This document shows positions 1 through 9,574 of a stretch of 64,000 nt of DNA, piece by piece. How positions within the stretch are numbered: the first letter of the stretch is position 1; every line of letters begins with the position of its first letter. The notes under the pieces were generated by a model, which did no database searches, was not told the DNA's origin, and saw only the letters and a list, made by a program, of their open reading frames with translations. Where the stretch lies: positions 416,001 to 480,000 of the forward strand of contig CAWFAK010000016.1 of assembly GCA_963813715.1 (NCBI GenBank). Reading direction: 5' to 3'. Source of the stretch: an uncultured Planctomycetaceae bacterium (GTDB taxonomy: Bacteria; Planctomycetota; Planctomycetia; Planctomycetales; Planctomycetaceae). The translations under genes and the position numbers were made by a program.

Positions 1-767
1 GCGGCGGCAATCTGCGGCTGGTCGTCTCGATCGCCAAGAAGTACCGCAACCGCGGCCTGAGCTTCTTGGACCTGATTCAGGAAGGCAATGCCGGCCTGAT
101 GCGCGGTGTCGAGAAGTATGAGTATCGGCGGGGCTACAAGTTTTCGACCTACGCGACGTGGTGGATTCGCCAGGCGATCACCCGGGCCGTGGCCGATCAC
201 GCCCGCACGATTCGCATCCCGGTCCACATGTTCCAGAGCATCTCCACGCTCAAAGCCAAGAGCGAACAGATTCGCCAGGACACGGGCCGCGAGCCGTCGA
301 TGGAGGAGCTGGCCGCCGCGGTCGGCTTCGGCGTCGACGAGACCGAGCGGATCATGAAAACCTGGAAGCATCCGATCAGCCTCGATACGCCCGTGGGTGA
401 GAGCGAGGACAGCAGCTTCGGCGACTTCCTCGAGGACGACAACGAGGACAGCCCGGCCGATTCGGCCACCCAGCAGATGCTGAAGGACAAGATCGAGCAC
501 GTCCTCAAGAGCCTGACCTATCGCGAGCGCGAGATTATTCGCCTGCGATACGGCTTGGGCGACGGTTATAGCTACACGCTCGAGGAGACCGGACGCATCT
601 TCAAGGTCACCCGAGAGCGGATCCGGCAGATCGAGTCCAAGGCCCTGAAAAAGCTGCAGCACACGACCCGCAGCACCCATCTCAAGGGCTTTGTGCAGGA
701 CTTCCTGCCCAGCGACGCGGAAATGACCGACGCCAACCAGGAACTGGTGGGTGCCGTGGCCGAGTAA
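1..767 (+). CDS. RpoD/SigA-family sigma-70 factor (5' end outside window)
   Basis: Frame open from position 3: [35 protein letters not shown]..region 4 [16 protein letters not shown]. Confidence 0.95.
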   Translation, partial: GGNLRLVVSIAKKYRNRGLSFLDLIQEGNAGLMRGVEKYEYRRGYKFSTYATWWIRQAITRAVADHARTIRIPVHMFQSISTLKAKSEQIRQDTGREPSMEELAAAVGFGVDETERIMKTWKHPISLDTPVGESEDSSFGDFLEDDNEDSPADSATQQMLKDKIEHVLKSLTYREREIIRLRYGLGDGYSYTLEETGRIFKVTRERIRQIESKALKKLQHTTRSTHLKGFVQDFLPSDAEMTDANQELVGAVAE

Positions 768-790
768 GCCGCGTCGGCGCGTATTTCATG

Positions 791-832
791 AGCGGACGCC
801 GTGCCTCCGGGCGCGGCGTCCGCTTTGTTTTT
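791..832 (+). terminator. Rho-independent terminator after sigma factor
   Basis: 15-bp stem AGCGGACGCCGTGCC / GGCGCGGCGTCCGCT (one G-U pair), loop TCCG, followed by TTGTTTTT. Confidence 0.8.
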
Positions 833-949
833 GCCCCTACTCCCAGTCGATTCCTCTGGACCGGTCCGGCCGTCTTTGCTACATGACCGCAGCGACCGGC
901 GCTCGAACTGCGCCGATTCTCGAAGGCCCTGACCAGGGATGGTCCTCGC

Positions 950-3152
950 TTGAACTCGTTCCCCCGACTCGTGCAGTACGTCTGGCCGCATCGCCGCAAA
1001 TTCTACTTGTCGGCGGTGTTCGCCGTGCTGGTAGCGGGCCTGTGGGGCTTAAGCCTCTCGGCCGCCTATCCGATCATCACGGTTCTGTTCGAGAACAAGC
1101 CGCTCGACAAGTACGTCGACGACTTGATCAAGAAGACCAAAGAATCGATCGCCGCACAGGAACAAAAGGTCGATCAGCGCGAGGGCCAGCTCCGCAAGCT
1201 CGACGCGGACAAGCCGCGCGACTCGGAGCGTGAGCAGTACAAAATCCTCCGCCGGCAATCGAACGAACAGTCGGTGCTGAGCACGGCCCAGTACAAGCTG
1301 ATGATGCTGGTTTGGCTACGGAACAATGTCGTTCCCAAGCTGCCCAAAGACCGTTTCGACCTTCTAGCCGTCGTGCTGGCCGTCCAACTGCTGGCGACCC
1401 TGGCGAAGGGCATCTGCGAGTTCGTGCAGGAGAACCTGATCTGTCAGCTGGTCGAGCTGTCGCTGATGGGCGTTCGCAAGGACTGTTTGCGGCGCGTGCT
1501 GCGGATGGACTACCAGACGGTTTCGCTCAAAGGCACGCCCAAGCTCATGTCGCACTTCACCAACGACATGAACGTGATGGCGTCGGGCCTGCGGCTGATG
1601 GGGGGCAAGATCATCCAGGAGCCGCTGAAGGCCATCGTCTGCATCGGCGCGGCGATGGTTGTATGCTGGCAGCTGACGCTCTTATCCCTGTTGACCGCGC
1701 CCGTCCTCGCCATCGTCTTTGCCCGCATCGGCTCGAGCCTCAAGCGGGCGAGCCACCGCATGATGGACAGCATGACCCGCCTTTACAAAACGCTCGAAGA
1801 GACCTTCGACGGCTACAAGGTCGTGGTTGCCTTCAACGCGGCGGCCCGGCATCGCCGGCGGTTTCATCGTGACAGCAAGGACTATTACGAGCGCTCGGTG
1901 AAGATCGCGCGGATCGACGCGCTCACCGGACCGATCACTGAAACGATGGCCTGGGTGGCCGCCTACCTGGCCCTGCTGCCGGGCTGCTACCTCGTGCTCC
2001 GCGGCACAACCGAAATTTGGGGCATTCGGCTGACGAGCAGCCAGATGGGAATCAACGACCTCGGCGCACTCTACGTGCTGTTGGCCGGCATCATTGATCC
2101 GGCTCGCAAGCTCTCGACGACGTATGCCAAGCTCAAACGTGCGGGGGCGGCCGCCGATCGCATCTTCGACTTGATGGATGAAAAGACGAAGATCGAAGAC
2201 CCAGTCTCGCCGGTCGCGCTGCCGCGACACGCCGTCGCCATCGAGTTCGACAATATTCATTTCGCCTACGCCCGCAGCGGCCCGAGTGGTGCTCCCCGCC
2301 CGGCCGCCCTCGAGGGCGTCTCCCTCAAGGTCGAGGCGGGCGAAACGATCGCAGTTGTTGGCGAGAACGGCTCCGGTAAATCGACGCTCGTCAACCTCTT
2401 GCCGCGGCTCTACGATCCGGACTTCGGCTCGATTCGCATCGACGGCGTCGACATTCGCGGCGTCTCGCTGGCCGATCTCCGCGACCAGATTGCGGTCGTC
2501 ACGCAGGAGACGGTCCTCTTCGACGATACGATCTACGAAAACGTCCGCTACGGGCGACCGAGCGCGACGCGGCGCGACATCGAAGACGCGGCCGCCCAGT
2601 CGCACGTCACCCGCTTCTTCGATCAGATGCCCGATGGAATCGAGACGCGCGTGGGCGAGAAAGGGGGCCGACTTTCGGGAGGCCAGCGGCAACGCGTGGC
2701 TCTGGCCCGCGCCGTCCTGCGGAACCCGGCGATTCTGATCCTCGACGAGGCGACCTCCGCCACCGATGCCCAAAGCGAGCGGCTCATTCACGAGGCCCTT
2801 TTGACCTTCGTCGAGGGCCGCACGACGTTTTTGATCACGCACGCCGTCACGCCGAGCGTGTTGGAGCTGATCGACAAGGTGGCCGTCATGGATCACGGTC
2901 GCCTGGTGGCCTATGGCACGCACCAGCAAGTTCTTGGCGACGTGCCCGATCTACGAGCGGCTGTTCCACGCCCGCTCGCGCCGGACGATTCCCGCAAGCG
3001 AAGCCATCCCGACCGAGATCGCCGCAGCGCCGTCGCCGCCGGAGATTCTGCCACTGCCCCTGTCGCGTGGCATGCGCTCGGCCGGGCTGACCCCGCCATC
3101 GACGAAAGACCGCGGGACGCCTGACGACCGCCGGCTGCGCGACGCGTCCTGA
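950..3152 (+). CDS. ABC exporter, fused TMD+NBD (MsbA-like); probable frameshift near 2935
   Basis: TM helices, Walker A GENGSGKST, LSGGQRQR, ILDEAT; expected C-terminal 'LATCPIYERLF' lies in the alternative frame ending at 3152. Confidence 0.9.
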
Positions 3153-3270
3153 CGTTCCGCGCCCCGGTTTATCTCCCATCGCTGCGTTCTCTGCGACCAG
3201 CGTGTTGCCTGAGCCGTCACAGCTGGGGCACCTTCGTTCCTCAGGTCCTTGGCAGACACGCTCTTCTGAA

Positions 3271-3287
3271 TTGGCACACTGGTTGCT
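3271..3287 (+). promoter_or_regulatory. sigma-54 (-24/-12) promoter
   Basis: TTGGCACACTGGTTGCT = TGGCAC-N5-TTGC, about 60 nt upstream of the small ORF at 3350. Confidence 0.8.
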
Positions 3288-3349
3288 TTAACGGGTTGCC
3301 GTGGACTTCCACGCGATTTCACACTGAACTTAATCCTGGAGAAACAACA

Positions 3350-3478
3350 ATGGAAATGCTCATTCATACGGTCCCGGTCGTCAGTGCCATCGGTTACTCG
3401 ATTGTTTACCTGTTGGCGGGCGGCGGTGTATTCGGCGCCTTCGTGATTTTTGTGGTCGCCAAGATGCTCGGACAATAA
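3350..3478 (+). CDS. 42-aa hydrophobic small membrane protein
   Basis: GGAGA RBS, ATG at 3350, MEMLIHTVPVVSAIGYSIVYLLAGGGVFGAFVIFVVAKMLGQ. Confidence 0.7.
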   Translation: MEMLIHTVPVVSAIGYSIVYLLAGGGVFGAFVIFVVAKMLGQ

Positions 3479-3583
3479 AGGGGCGGGCGACGAAGGCGGC
3501 GAAACTCAAGACAGACACTGGGGTGGCTGGTCCTCCCAGAGCGATGCGGCTGGCCATCCCTAAGTGGTGAGCGCTGGAGCGGA

Positions 3584-5392
3584 CTAATCGTCGACTCCAG
3601 CGTTTTTTTGCGCCTCGCCCTTCAACAGGTGCAGCAAGTCCACGCCATAGTCGGCGAGCTTCTTGTCGCCGATGCCGCGAATGTGGCGCAGTTCGTCCAA
3701 CGTGGCCGGACGATGGCGAGCCAGATCGCGCAGGGTCGCGTCGCTGAATAGGATGAAGGGCGCCTGCCCCCGCTCGGCCGCTTTGTCGCGACGATATTGC
3801 CGTAGCGTCTCGAAGACGTCGCGATCGACTCCCTCCCATGAATCCTGCGCGGCCCGAGAGGTTTTCCGGGCCCGCTTGGCAGGCCGCAGCAGCCGCGGTG
3901 TCCGTTCGCCGCGTAGGAGGTGCCGACCGTCGGGCGTGATCCGCAGGACGTTGTATTCGCCGATTTTCCCCAAGAAACCCTGACTGACCAGCTGTTCGAT
4001 CCAGTTGCGAATGCTCTTGCGGTCCTCGCCCTGCAGAATGCCCCAGGTGCTGAGCTTGTCGTGCCCATTGGCCAGAATCCGCTGCTCGCGGGCGCCGGCG
4101 AGAACCTGGGCCGTGTAATCGCCGCCGAAACTTTCGCCCAAGCGGTGGACGCAGGAGAGGATTTTCTGACCCAGCACGAGTGGATCTTCGGCCAGATCGA
4201 GCTCGGCCAGGCAGACGTCGCACGCGCCGCAATTTTCCGACTCGAGGTCTTGCCCGAAATAGCCGGCCAAGACGCGGTGTCGGCAAACCACGCCGTTGCA
4301 GTAGCCGTCGATGGCGCCGAGAGCGCGACTGCCGCGTTGAACGCCGGCTCGGGGAGCTCTTCCTGCATGCGGCGCCAGGTGCGAAAGTCGCCCGCGGAGA
4401 AGAACAAGCAGCACTCGGCCTCCAGACCGTCGCGTCCGGCCCGGCCCGACTCTTGCAGATAGTTCTCGACCGATTTGGGTGCGGCCGCATGCACGACGTA
4501 ACGGACGTCCGACTTGTCGATACCCATGCCGAAGGCGACGGTGGCGACGATGATCTTGGCACGGTCGTTGATGAATGCGTCCTGGTTCGCCTGCCGCAGC
4601 TCGTCGGGCAGACCGGCATGGTAGGGCAGGGCCTGATACCCGGCCGCTTGCAGGTCGGCGGATAATTCCTCCACGTCGGTGCGGCGAATGCAATAAATCA
4701 ACCCAGCGTCTCGCGGATGACGATCGATCACCTCGCGGATCTGCCCCCGCAGGTCGTGCCGCGTTTGCACCCGATAGACGAGGTTTGGACGGTCAAACGA
4801 GCCGACGAGGACCTCCGGCGCCTGGAGTCCCAATTCGCGAACGACGTCGTCCCGCACGCGCTGCGTCGCCGTCGCCGTGTAGGCGTGCACGGCGGCACTT
4901 GGGAAACGTTTCTTTCAGGCGGCGGAGCATGCGGTATTCGGGGCGAAAATCGTGCCCCCATTCGCTGATGCAGTGCGCCTCGTCGATGGCAAAGAACGAC
5001 ACCGAGACGCTCTTGAGAAAGTCGAGCATACGGTCGGTCATCAACCGCTCGGGCGACAGGTAAAGCAGCTTGACGCGGCCGGCGCGCACCTCGTCGGCCA
5101 CGCGGCGTTTTTCCCCCGGCAAGAGCGTGCTGTTGACGCAGGCGGCCGGCACGCCGCAATCGCCCAGTGCGTCGACCTGGTCCTTCATCAACGAGATGAG
5201 CGGCGAGACGACTACGGCCAACCCCGGCTGACAGAGAGCGGGCGCCTGAAAACAAAGCGATTTGCCGCCGCCAGTGGGCAGCACCACCACCGAGTCGCGT
5301 CCGGCGACGACGGCCTGCATCGCCTCCGCCTGAAGCGGGCGGAAGCTGTCGTACCCCCAGTACTTCTGCAGGATGGCCCGAAGCTCGTCCAT
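3584..5392 (-). CDS. recQ: ATP-dependent DNA helicase RecQ (frameshifts near 4890 and 4320)
   Basis: WGYDSFRP, PTGGGKS, DEAHCISEWGHDFRPEY, ATVAFGMGIDK, QESGRAGRDG, RQC Zn motif CRH..CGACDVC and HRDC domain across three ORF pieces. Confidence 0.95.
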
Positions 5393-5448
5393 GGGTGGGG
5401 ATCTTCTCTTTTTTCGGGTCCTTGCTCAATGCACGGCCGCTCATGGCA

Positions 5449-5464
5449 CGGCAAGCCATTTGCA
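5449..5464 (+). promoter_or_regulatory. sigma-54-type promoter upstream of udgX
   Basis: CGGCAAGCCATTTGCA, GG-N10-GC with TTGC, about 50 nt before ATG 5517. Confidence 0.6.
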
Positions 5465-5516
5465 ATTCGTTGCTCCCGGCAGATCGATCCAGGCACTTCG
5501 CCCGGAGGAAATACCG

Positions 5517-6197
5517 ATGATTCGGCCCGTTCAAAAGCATCTCGTTAGAAAGCAGCTCGGCGGCGGCGCCAGCGAATCGGCGGCCGACTATTTGCCGCGG
5601 AAACTTACGCTGCCGGCGCTCAGACGAGCGGCCGCGGTATGCGAAGGCTGTCCGTTGTATCGCGACGCGACGCAAACCGTATTCGGCGAGGGGCCGGCCG
5701 ACGCGCAAATTGTGCTGGTGGGGGAAACGCCCGGGGATCAGGAAGATCGGCAGGGGAAACCTTTCGTCGGACCTGCGGGCAAGGTGCTCGACGACGCTCT
5801 GGTCGAAGCGGGGCTTAATCGAGGCGAGGTTTACGTGACGAATGTGGTCAAGCACTTTAAATGGGAGCCGCGCGGCAAACGACGACTTCACAAGAAGCCG
5901 AGTGCTCGCGAGATGGCCGCCTGTCACCCCTGGCTCGACGCCGAACTCCAAGTGCTCCAACCGAAGGTCATCGTGTGTCTGGGGGCGACGGCCGCTCAAG
6001 CGCTGTTGGGCCGCGCCTTTCGTGTGAGCCGGCAACGGGGCCAGCGAGTGATGGGACCGGATGGAATGGCGGCAATTGCCACGCATCATCCCTCGGCCGT
6101 TTTGCGGGCTCCGGATCCGGCGGTCCGCCGTCGCATGAGACAAGAACTGGCCGCGGATCTGTCGATCGCGGCCAGTTTGCTCGGGCAAAACGACTGA
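5517..6197 (+). CDS. udgX: UdgX-type family-4 uracil-DNA glycosylase
   Basis: GGAGG RBS; CEGCPLY Fe-S motif, GETPG, KHFK, R-loop GKRRLHKKP, HPSAVLR. Confidence 0.9.
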   Translation: MIRPVQKHLVRKQLGGGASESAADYLPRKLTLPALRRAAAVCEGCPLYRDATQTVFGEGPADAQIVLVGETPGDQEDRQGKPFVGPAGKVLDDALVEAGLNRGEVYVTNVVKHFKWEPRGKRRLHKKPSAREMAACHPWLDAELQVLQPKVIVCLGATAAQALLGRAFRVSRQRGQRVMGPDGMAAIATHHPSAVLRAPDPAVRRRMRQELAADLSIAASLLGQND

Positions 6198-6322
6198 ACG
6201 GAATCAGGCTCCAATCCAAATGGGGCAAGATTAGCACCCGCCCCGCCAGCCGCCGCCCGATGAGTTTCGTTTCGTCTACCGCCGACTTGCGCCGGTTGCA
6301 GATTCGCGATTCTCTGCCCGCA

Positions 6323-6490
6323 TCAGGGCACGGGCGTGCGTTGGCCCGTCACCAGGCTGATCAGGAACAACACGATGAACACGACGAACAGGATCTTCGC
6401 CACGGCGGCAGCAGTACCCGCGACCACGGCGAATCCCATGACTCCCGCGATCAACGCGATGATGAGAAAGGTAATTGCCCAACCCAACAT
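6323..6490 (-). CDS. DUF1328 (UPF0391/YtjA-like) small membrane protein, 55 aa
   Basis: Not in ORF track; [64 protein letters not shown]. Confidence 0.92.
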   Translation of the reverse strand: MLGWAITFLIIALIAGVMGFAVVAGTAAAVAKILFVVFIVLFLISLVTGQRTPVP

Positions 6491-6699
6491 GATTGTTCTC
6501 CTTCAGAAAATCGGCCGGGAGCGGTTTTTGAAACGGGGCCAATTCCCTGCCCCCACGGCCACCGCTCACGTGCCGGCAGCCGCGTCGACTCCCTCCGATT
6601 GTTTGCCTTTGATTCACTTTTTCGGACTTCTCTCCGTCGCACGATGCATCCATCGCGCATCCAAAAAGAAGCCATCGAGTCAGAACGCCGAGTGAGAAT

Positions 6700-6715
6700 C
6701 GCAAACTGTGTGCCG
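6700..6715 (-). promoter_or_regulatory. sigma-54 promoter oriented toward DUF1328 gene
   Basis: Minus strand CGGCACACAGTTTGCG (GGCAC-N5-TTGC). Confidence 0.7.
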
Positions 6716-6910
6716 CCCGCGCGGCTCATCTGGCGCCGGTCAAATGTCCGAGTGCGCGCGGGTAAGGACGCGGACATGTTTTGTCCATCGCTCCGACTGC
6801 GGCAGCGAAGGGCTCACTGCAGTAGAGAAGGGAAATTCATAAGGAACTCTCGCGAATAAAAGCGGACAGTCCGACCGTTAATTCGCGCCTTGCGGGGCTC
6901 GCGGCTGGGG

Positions 6911-6926
6911 GGGCACGCAACTTGCA
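6911..6926 (+). promoter_or_regulatory. sigma-54 promoter oriented toward ORF 7012
   Basis: GGGCACGCAACTTGCA (GGCAC-N5-TTGCA). Confidence 0.7.
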
Positions 6927-7011
6927 CCCTCAACAAACCAGCCTTGCGAAAGACCGAATTGGTCGCGGTGAGGAAAAAATGGCGAAGGAAGCGCCAGAAC
7001 AAAGAGGGCAC

Positions 7012-7341
7012 ATGTCTCAAGAGAACTCGCTAGTAATCAATTCCGCAGCCGCTGCGCCACATTCGGGGCCAAGTCAACTTCTCGGCTATTATCCGCTTGG
7101 CACCGGCTTTGGTTCGACCATCGGGGCGGCGCTGGTGAGCGTGGCGATGGGAGCCGCCGGGGCGGGCAGCGTGGCGATTTATACGTCTGCAGCCACCGGC
7201 GTCGTGATTGGAGGGTGGGCCGGTCATGCGATCAGCCGGCGACGCTCGAAACGGGTGGATGCCGATGTCCTGCGACGTCGGAGTCGCACGATTCGTCTGC
7301 TGCGAGTGACGCGGATGCTGCGACGCCGCGACGTCGCTTGA
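7012..7341 (+). CDS. Small glycine-zipper-like membrane protein with basic tail
   Basis: GTGFGSTIGAALVSVAMGAAGAG..GVVIGGWAGHAI then Arg-rich tail; alternative start 6979. Confidence 0.55.
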   Translation: MSQENSLVINSAAAAPHSGPSQLLGYYPLGTGFGSTIGAALVSVAMGAAGAGSVAIYTSAATGVVIGGWAGHAISRRRSKRVDADVLRRRSRTIRLLRVTRMLRRRDVA

Positions 7342-7390
7342 GGGGCCCCATCTCCACGAGTCCGTCTGCGGACAATAGAGGGTGAGGACC

Positions 7391-7823
7391 ATGAAGCTCG
7401 AACCGGCCACGCGGCACATGCTGCACGCCGTCGGCGTTCGGCGAACTTTGGCGACGACTGCGCGCGCCGTCGATTCGCCACCGTTCCCGCACGCGAATTG
7501 GCGGATTTCCGCTGTTCGAGATCGCATTTGGTCCTAGGCGGGCTGAGCCTCACGGACATGCCAAGGCGCTGATTGCCCTCGGCGATCACGCGACCGGGGT
7601 GCTGGCGATTGGCGGCTTGGCACAGGGTGTGGTCGCGGTCGGCGGTTTGTCGGAAGGATTGATCGCGATCGGCGGCTGCACGCTGGGGTTGTTTGCTGCT
7701 TTCGGCGGCGTCGCGGTCGGCGCGTTCGCCGTGGGTGGCGTAGCCTTGGGTGGCGTGGCTCGTGGCGGCGTCGCTGTCGGCCTGTCCGCCCGCGGACGCG
7801 AAGCCGTTTCGCCCTACGAGTGA
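7391..7823 (+). CDS. Small protein with Gly-rich AIGG/AVGG repeats; probable frameshift near 7465
   Basis: GAGG RBS + ATG 7391; shifted frame reads RSRTRIGGFPLFEIAFGP..AKALIALGDHATGVLAIGGLAQGVVAVGG. Confidence 0.55.
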
Positions 7824-7942
7824 TCCTGGTAGCTCGTATCGACTCTGAATCCAAGAACGGATTCGAGTTCCGCGCGGTCCGCCGGCCGGTTCCGCGCCGT
7901 GAACAACGCGCTGGAATTCTTCGCTGGCGCCGATCCGAACGC

Positions 7943-8206
7943 TCAGACTTCCATCCGCTCGACGACGACGGCGTTCTCCTGCTCGGCCGTGTCGACCCCC
8001 AGACGTTGATAGACCCCGCAGTGACCGCTGAGGCCGCGCCAAATCAAACCCGAGCCGATGGCGGTGGCAGCCACTCCGCGGAGGGAGCGAAAGCCGCCCA
8101 TCGTCATCAGGATCGTTCCGCCGGCGATCACCGACGCCAATCGCTCCATCTGACCCACGTTGACCTGGCCGCACGTCTCGCCGCCACGTCCGGATGAACT
8201 CTGCAT
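7943..8206 (-). CDS. DUF2892 (YgaP-like) membrane protein
   Basis: AAGGAG RBS; NVGQMERLASVIAG..RGLSGHCGVYQRLGVDT. Confidence 0.85.
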   Translation of the reverse strand: MQSSSGRGGETCGQVNVGQMERLASVIAGGTILMTMGGFRSLRGVAATAIGSGLIWRGLSGHCGVYQRLGVDTAEQENAVVVERMEV

Positions 8207-8257
8207 GACGAACTCCTTGATCCACGACCTGATGCGATGCGGAGACACTGTACTGCG

Positions 8258-8273
8258 TGCACGCCGCATGCCA
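8258..8273 (-). promoter_or_regulatory. sigma-54-type promoter toward DUF2892 gene
   Basis: Minus strand TGGCATGCGGCGTGCA, GG-N10-GC. Confidence 0.6.
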
Positions 8274-8325
8274 GGGGCTGTCCCAGACCGACAGCAGGAA
8301 AGTCTGCGAGTAGCTTACCCCGTCT

Positions 8326-8341
8326 GGGCATGCGGCGTGAA
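8326..8341 (+). promoter_or_regulatory. Degenerate sigma-54-type promoter toward DUF3175 gene
   Basis: GGGCATGCGGCGTGAA; 13-nt core is an exact inverted copy of 8260-8272, but the -12 element is GA rather than GC. Confidence 0.35.
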
Positions 8342-8795
8342 CTCTAGGGTCCCGGGCGTGCTCTTCGGCGACACTCATTGGTCGTCGAGCGACCATCCTC
8401 ACGTTCCGCTGTTTCCCCAGCGGGACACGTTCAACCAGGACGCCGAAACGGTCGCCCGGACCATGGCCAGCAAAAAGGTCAGGCCGAAGGGGATCGGTTC
8501 GGGCATTCGGATGATCCAATACTTCATCAATCGCGCGGGCAAGAATCTGTCCGCGACCCACAAACGCGAGTTGGAAAAAGCCAAGCGGATCCTCCAGGAG
8601 CGGGCCGAGCGCGAGACGGCGAAGCCAGCCGCCCATTCCAAGCGACGAACTCGTTCGCGTGAGCCGCTGAGCGCATCGGTTGCACCTTGCGGGTGGTGCC
8701 GTATCACCGGTCATCTTCACCCTGGTGTTTTCACCCAAGTCCGAGTCCGGACCTTGCCGGTCTCGTTCAAGAAAAAGTGTCCGGACCTGACCTAG
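8337..8795 (+). CDS. DUF3175-like protein (start and end uncertain)
   Basis: GIRMIQYFINRAGKNLSATHKRELEKAKRIL matches the DUF3175 core. Confidence 0.7.
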   Translation: MNSRVPGVLFGDTHWSSSDHPHVPLFPQRDTFNQDAETVARTMASKKVRPKGIGSGIRMIQYFINRAGKNLSATHKRELEKAKRILQERAERETAKPAAHSKRRTRSREPLSASVAPCGWCRITGHLHPGVFTQVRVRTLPVSFKKKCPDLT

Positions 8796-9126
8796 CCCTC
8801 AAGTCTCCGTTTTCACGAAAGTGTCCGGACCGGACCCGGTCCGACGCGAGGGCCCCCTTTCCAAGAAAGTGTCCGGACCTGACGTGTCCGGGTCCGCCCG
8901 CCGGCGCGCCTTTCGCCGATTCTCCAATCTGGCCAATGACTTGCGACCGGTCCCCGACATCTCGTCCCGGTCACCGCATCCTGTCCGGTCTGTTTCCGAA
9001 AGAGACCGGACCTGTCCGGACCTTACCCCGATCAAGTGTCCGGACCGGAGACAAGGGTCCGGCAAATAGGACCGGCCGGTCCCCGCGGACTTCCGGACAA
9101 GTGTCCGGACCGGTGAGTGCGGACCG
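8743..9126. repeat. Cluster of AAGTGTCCGGACC motif repeats
   Basis: Exact copies start at 8775, 8819, 8867, 9034 and 9099; TCCGGAC occurs 8 times; 16 GGWCC sites counted by eye. Confidence 0.9.
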
Positions 9127-9574
9127 ATCTGTCCAGCAAGCGTCGCCGTCGCAGGACACCTCGTCCGTGGGCGGGGCGTGATCACGGGGTTGCGCACGGC
9201 CGGCGCGCAGTCGCATCGCCGCGGCACAAAGGCTCCAAACTTCATTTTGCCACAAATGGCCAAATCACCAAGATCAGATTTCTACGGGCGGCGGCTCCGG
9301 CCGGCGGCGACGCGTCAAGTTTTGCGGCCAGCGTTGAGTTTGGGGACCGGGTTGTCGTGCGGGTCTCTGGCTGAAACGCTCATGGCGACGATTCGTCCGA
9401 ATCGGCCTGAAATCGTTCGCGCGCCGGTTGTCCCGCGACGAAGCGAATCCTTCACAACGCCAGCGATTCCCGGCCGATCCCTTAGTGCCGACGCGCTACA
9501 AAATTGCCTTCGCGGGCCCGCGCGGCAGCGCAGCACTTCTCGACTTACCATGACGGCGGCCGAGGATTTTATTC

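Noticed and set aside
1682..2929. Long antisense and alternate-frame ORFs (also 17951-19555, 27757-28923, 7224-8738 and others)
   Set aside because: Shadow ORFs of real genes in high-GC DNA, with no recognisable motifs.
3520..3562. REP-like hairpin GGGGTGGCTGG..GGCTGGCCATCCC
   Set aside because: Single imperfect copy that needs several G-U pairs; cannot be supported from this window.
3584..5392. Programmed frameshifting or phase variation in split genes
   Set aside because: No consistent slippery sequences or long homopolymers at the junctions; breaks are scattered across unrelated genes.
8743..9126. Canonical CRISPR array
   Set aside because: The conserved unit is only 13-24 nt, spacing is irregular (44, 48, 167, 65) and no cas genes are in the window.
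8687..9374. ORFs spanning the repeat cluster (KCPD / SGPD repeats)
   Set aside because: No RBS, and several frames are equally open; best explained as translation of the DNA motif.
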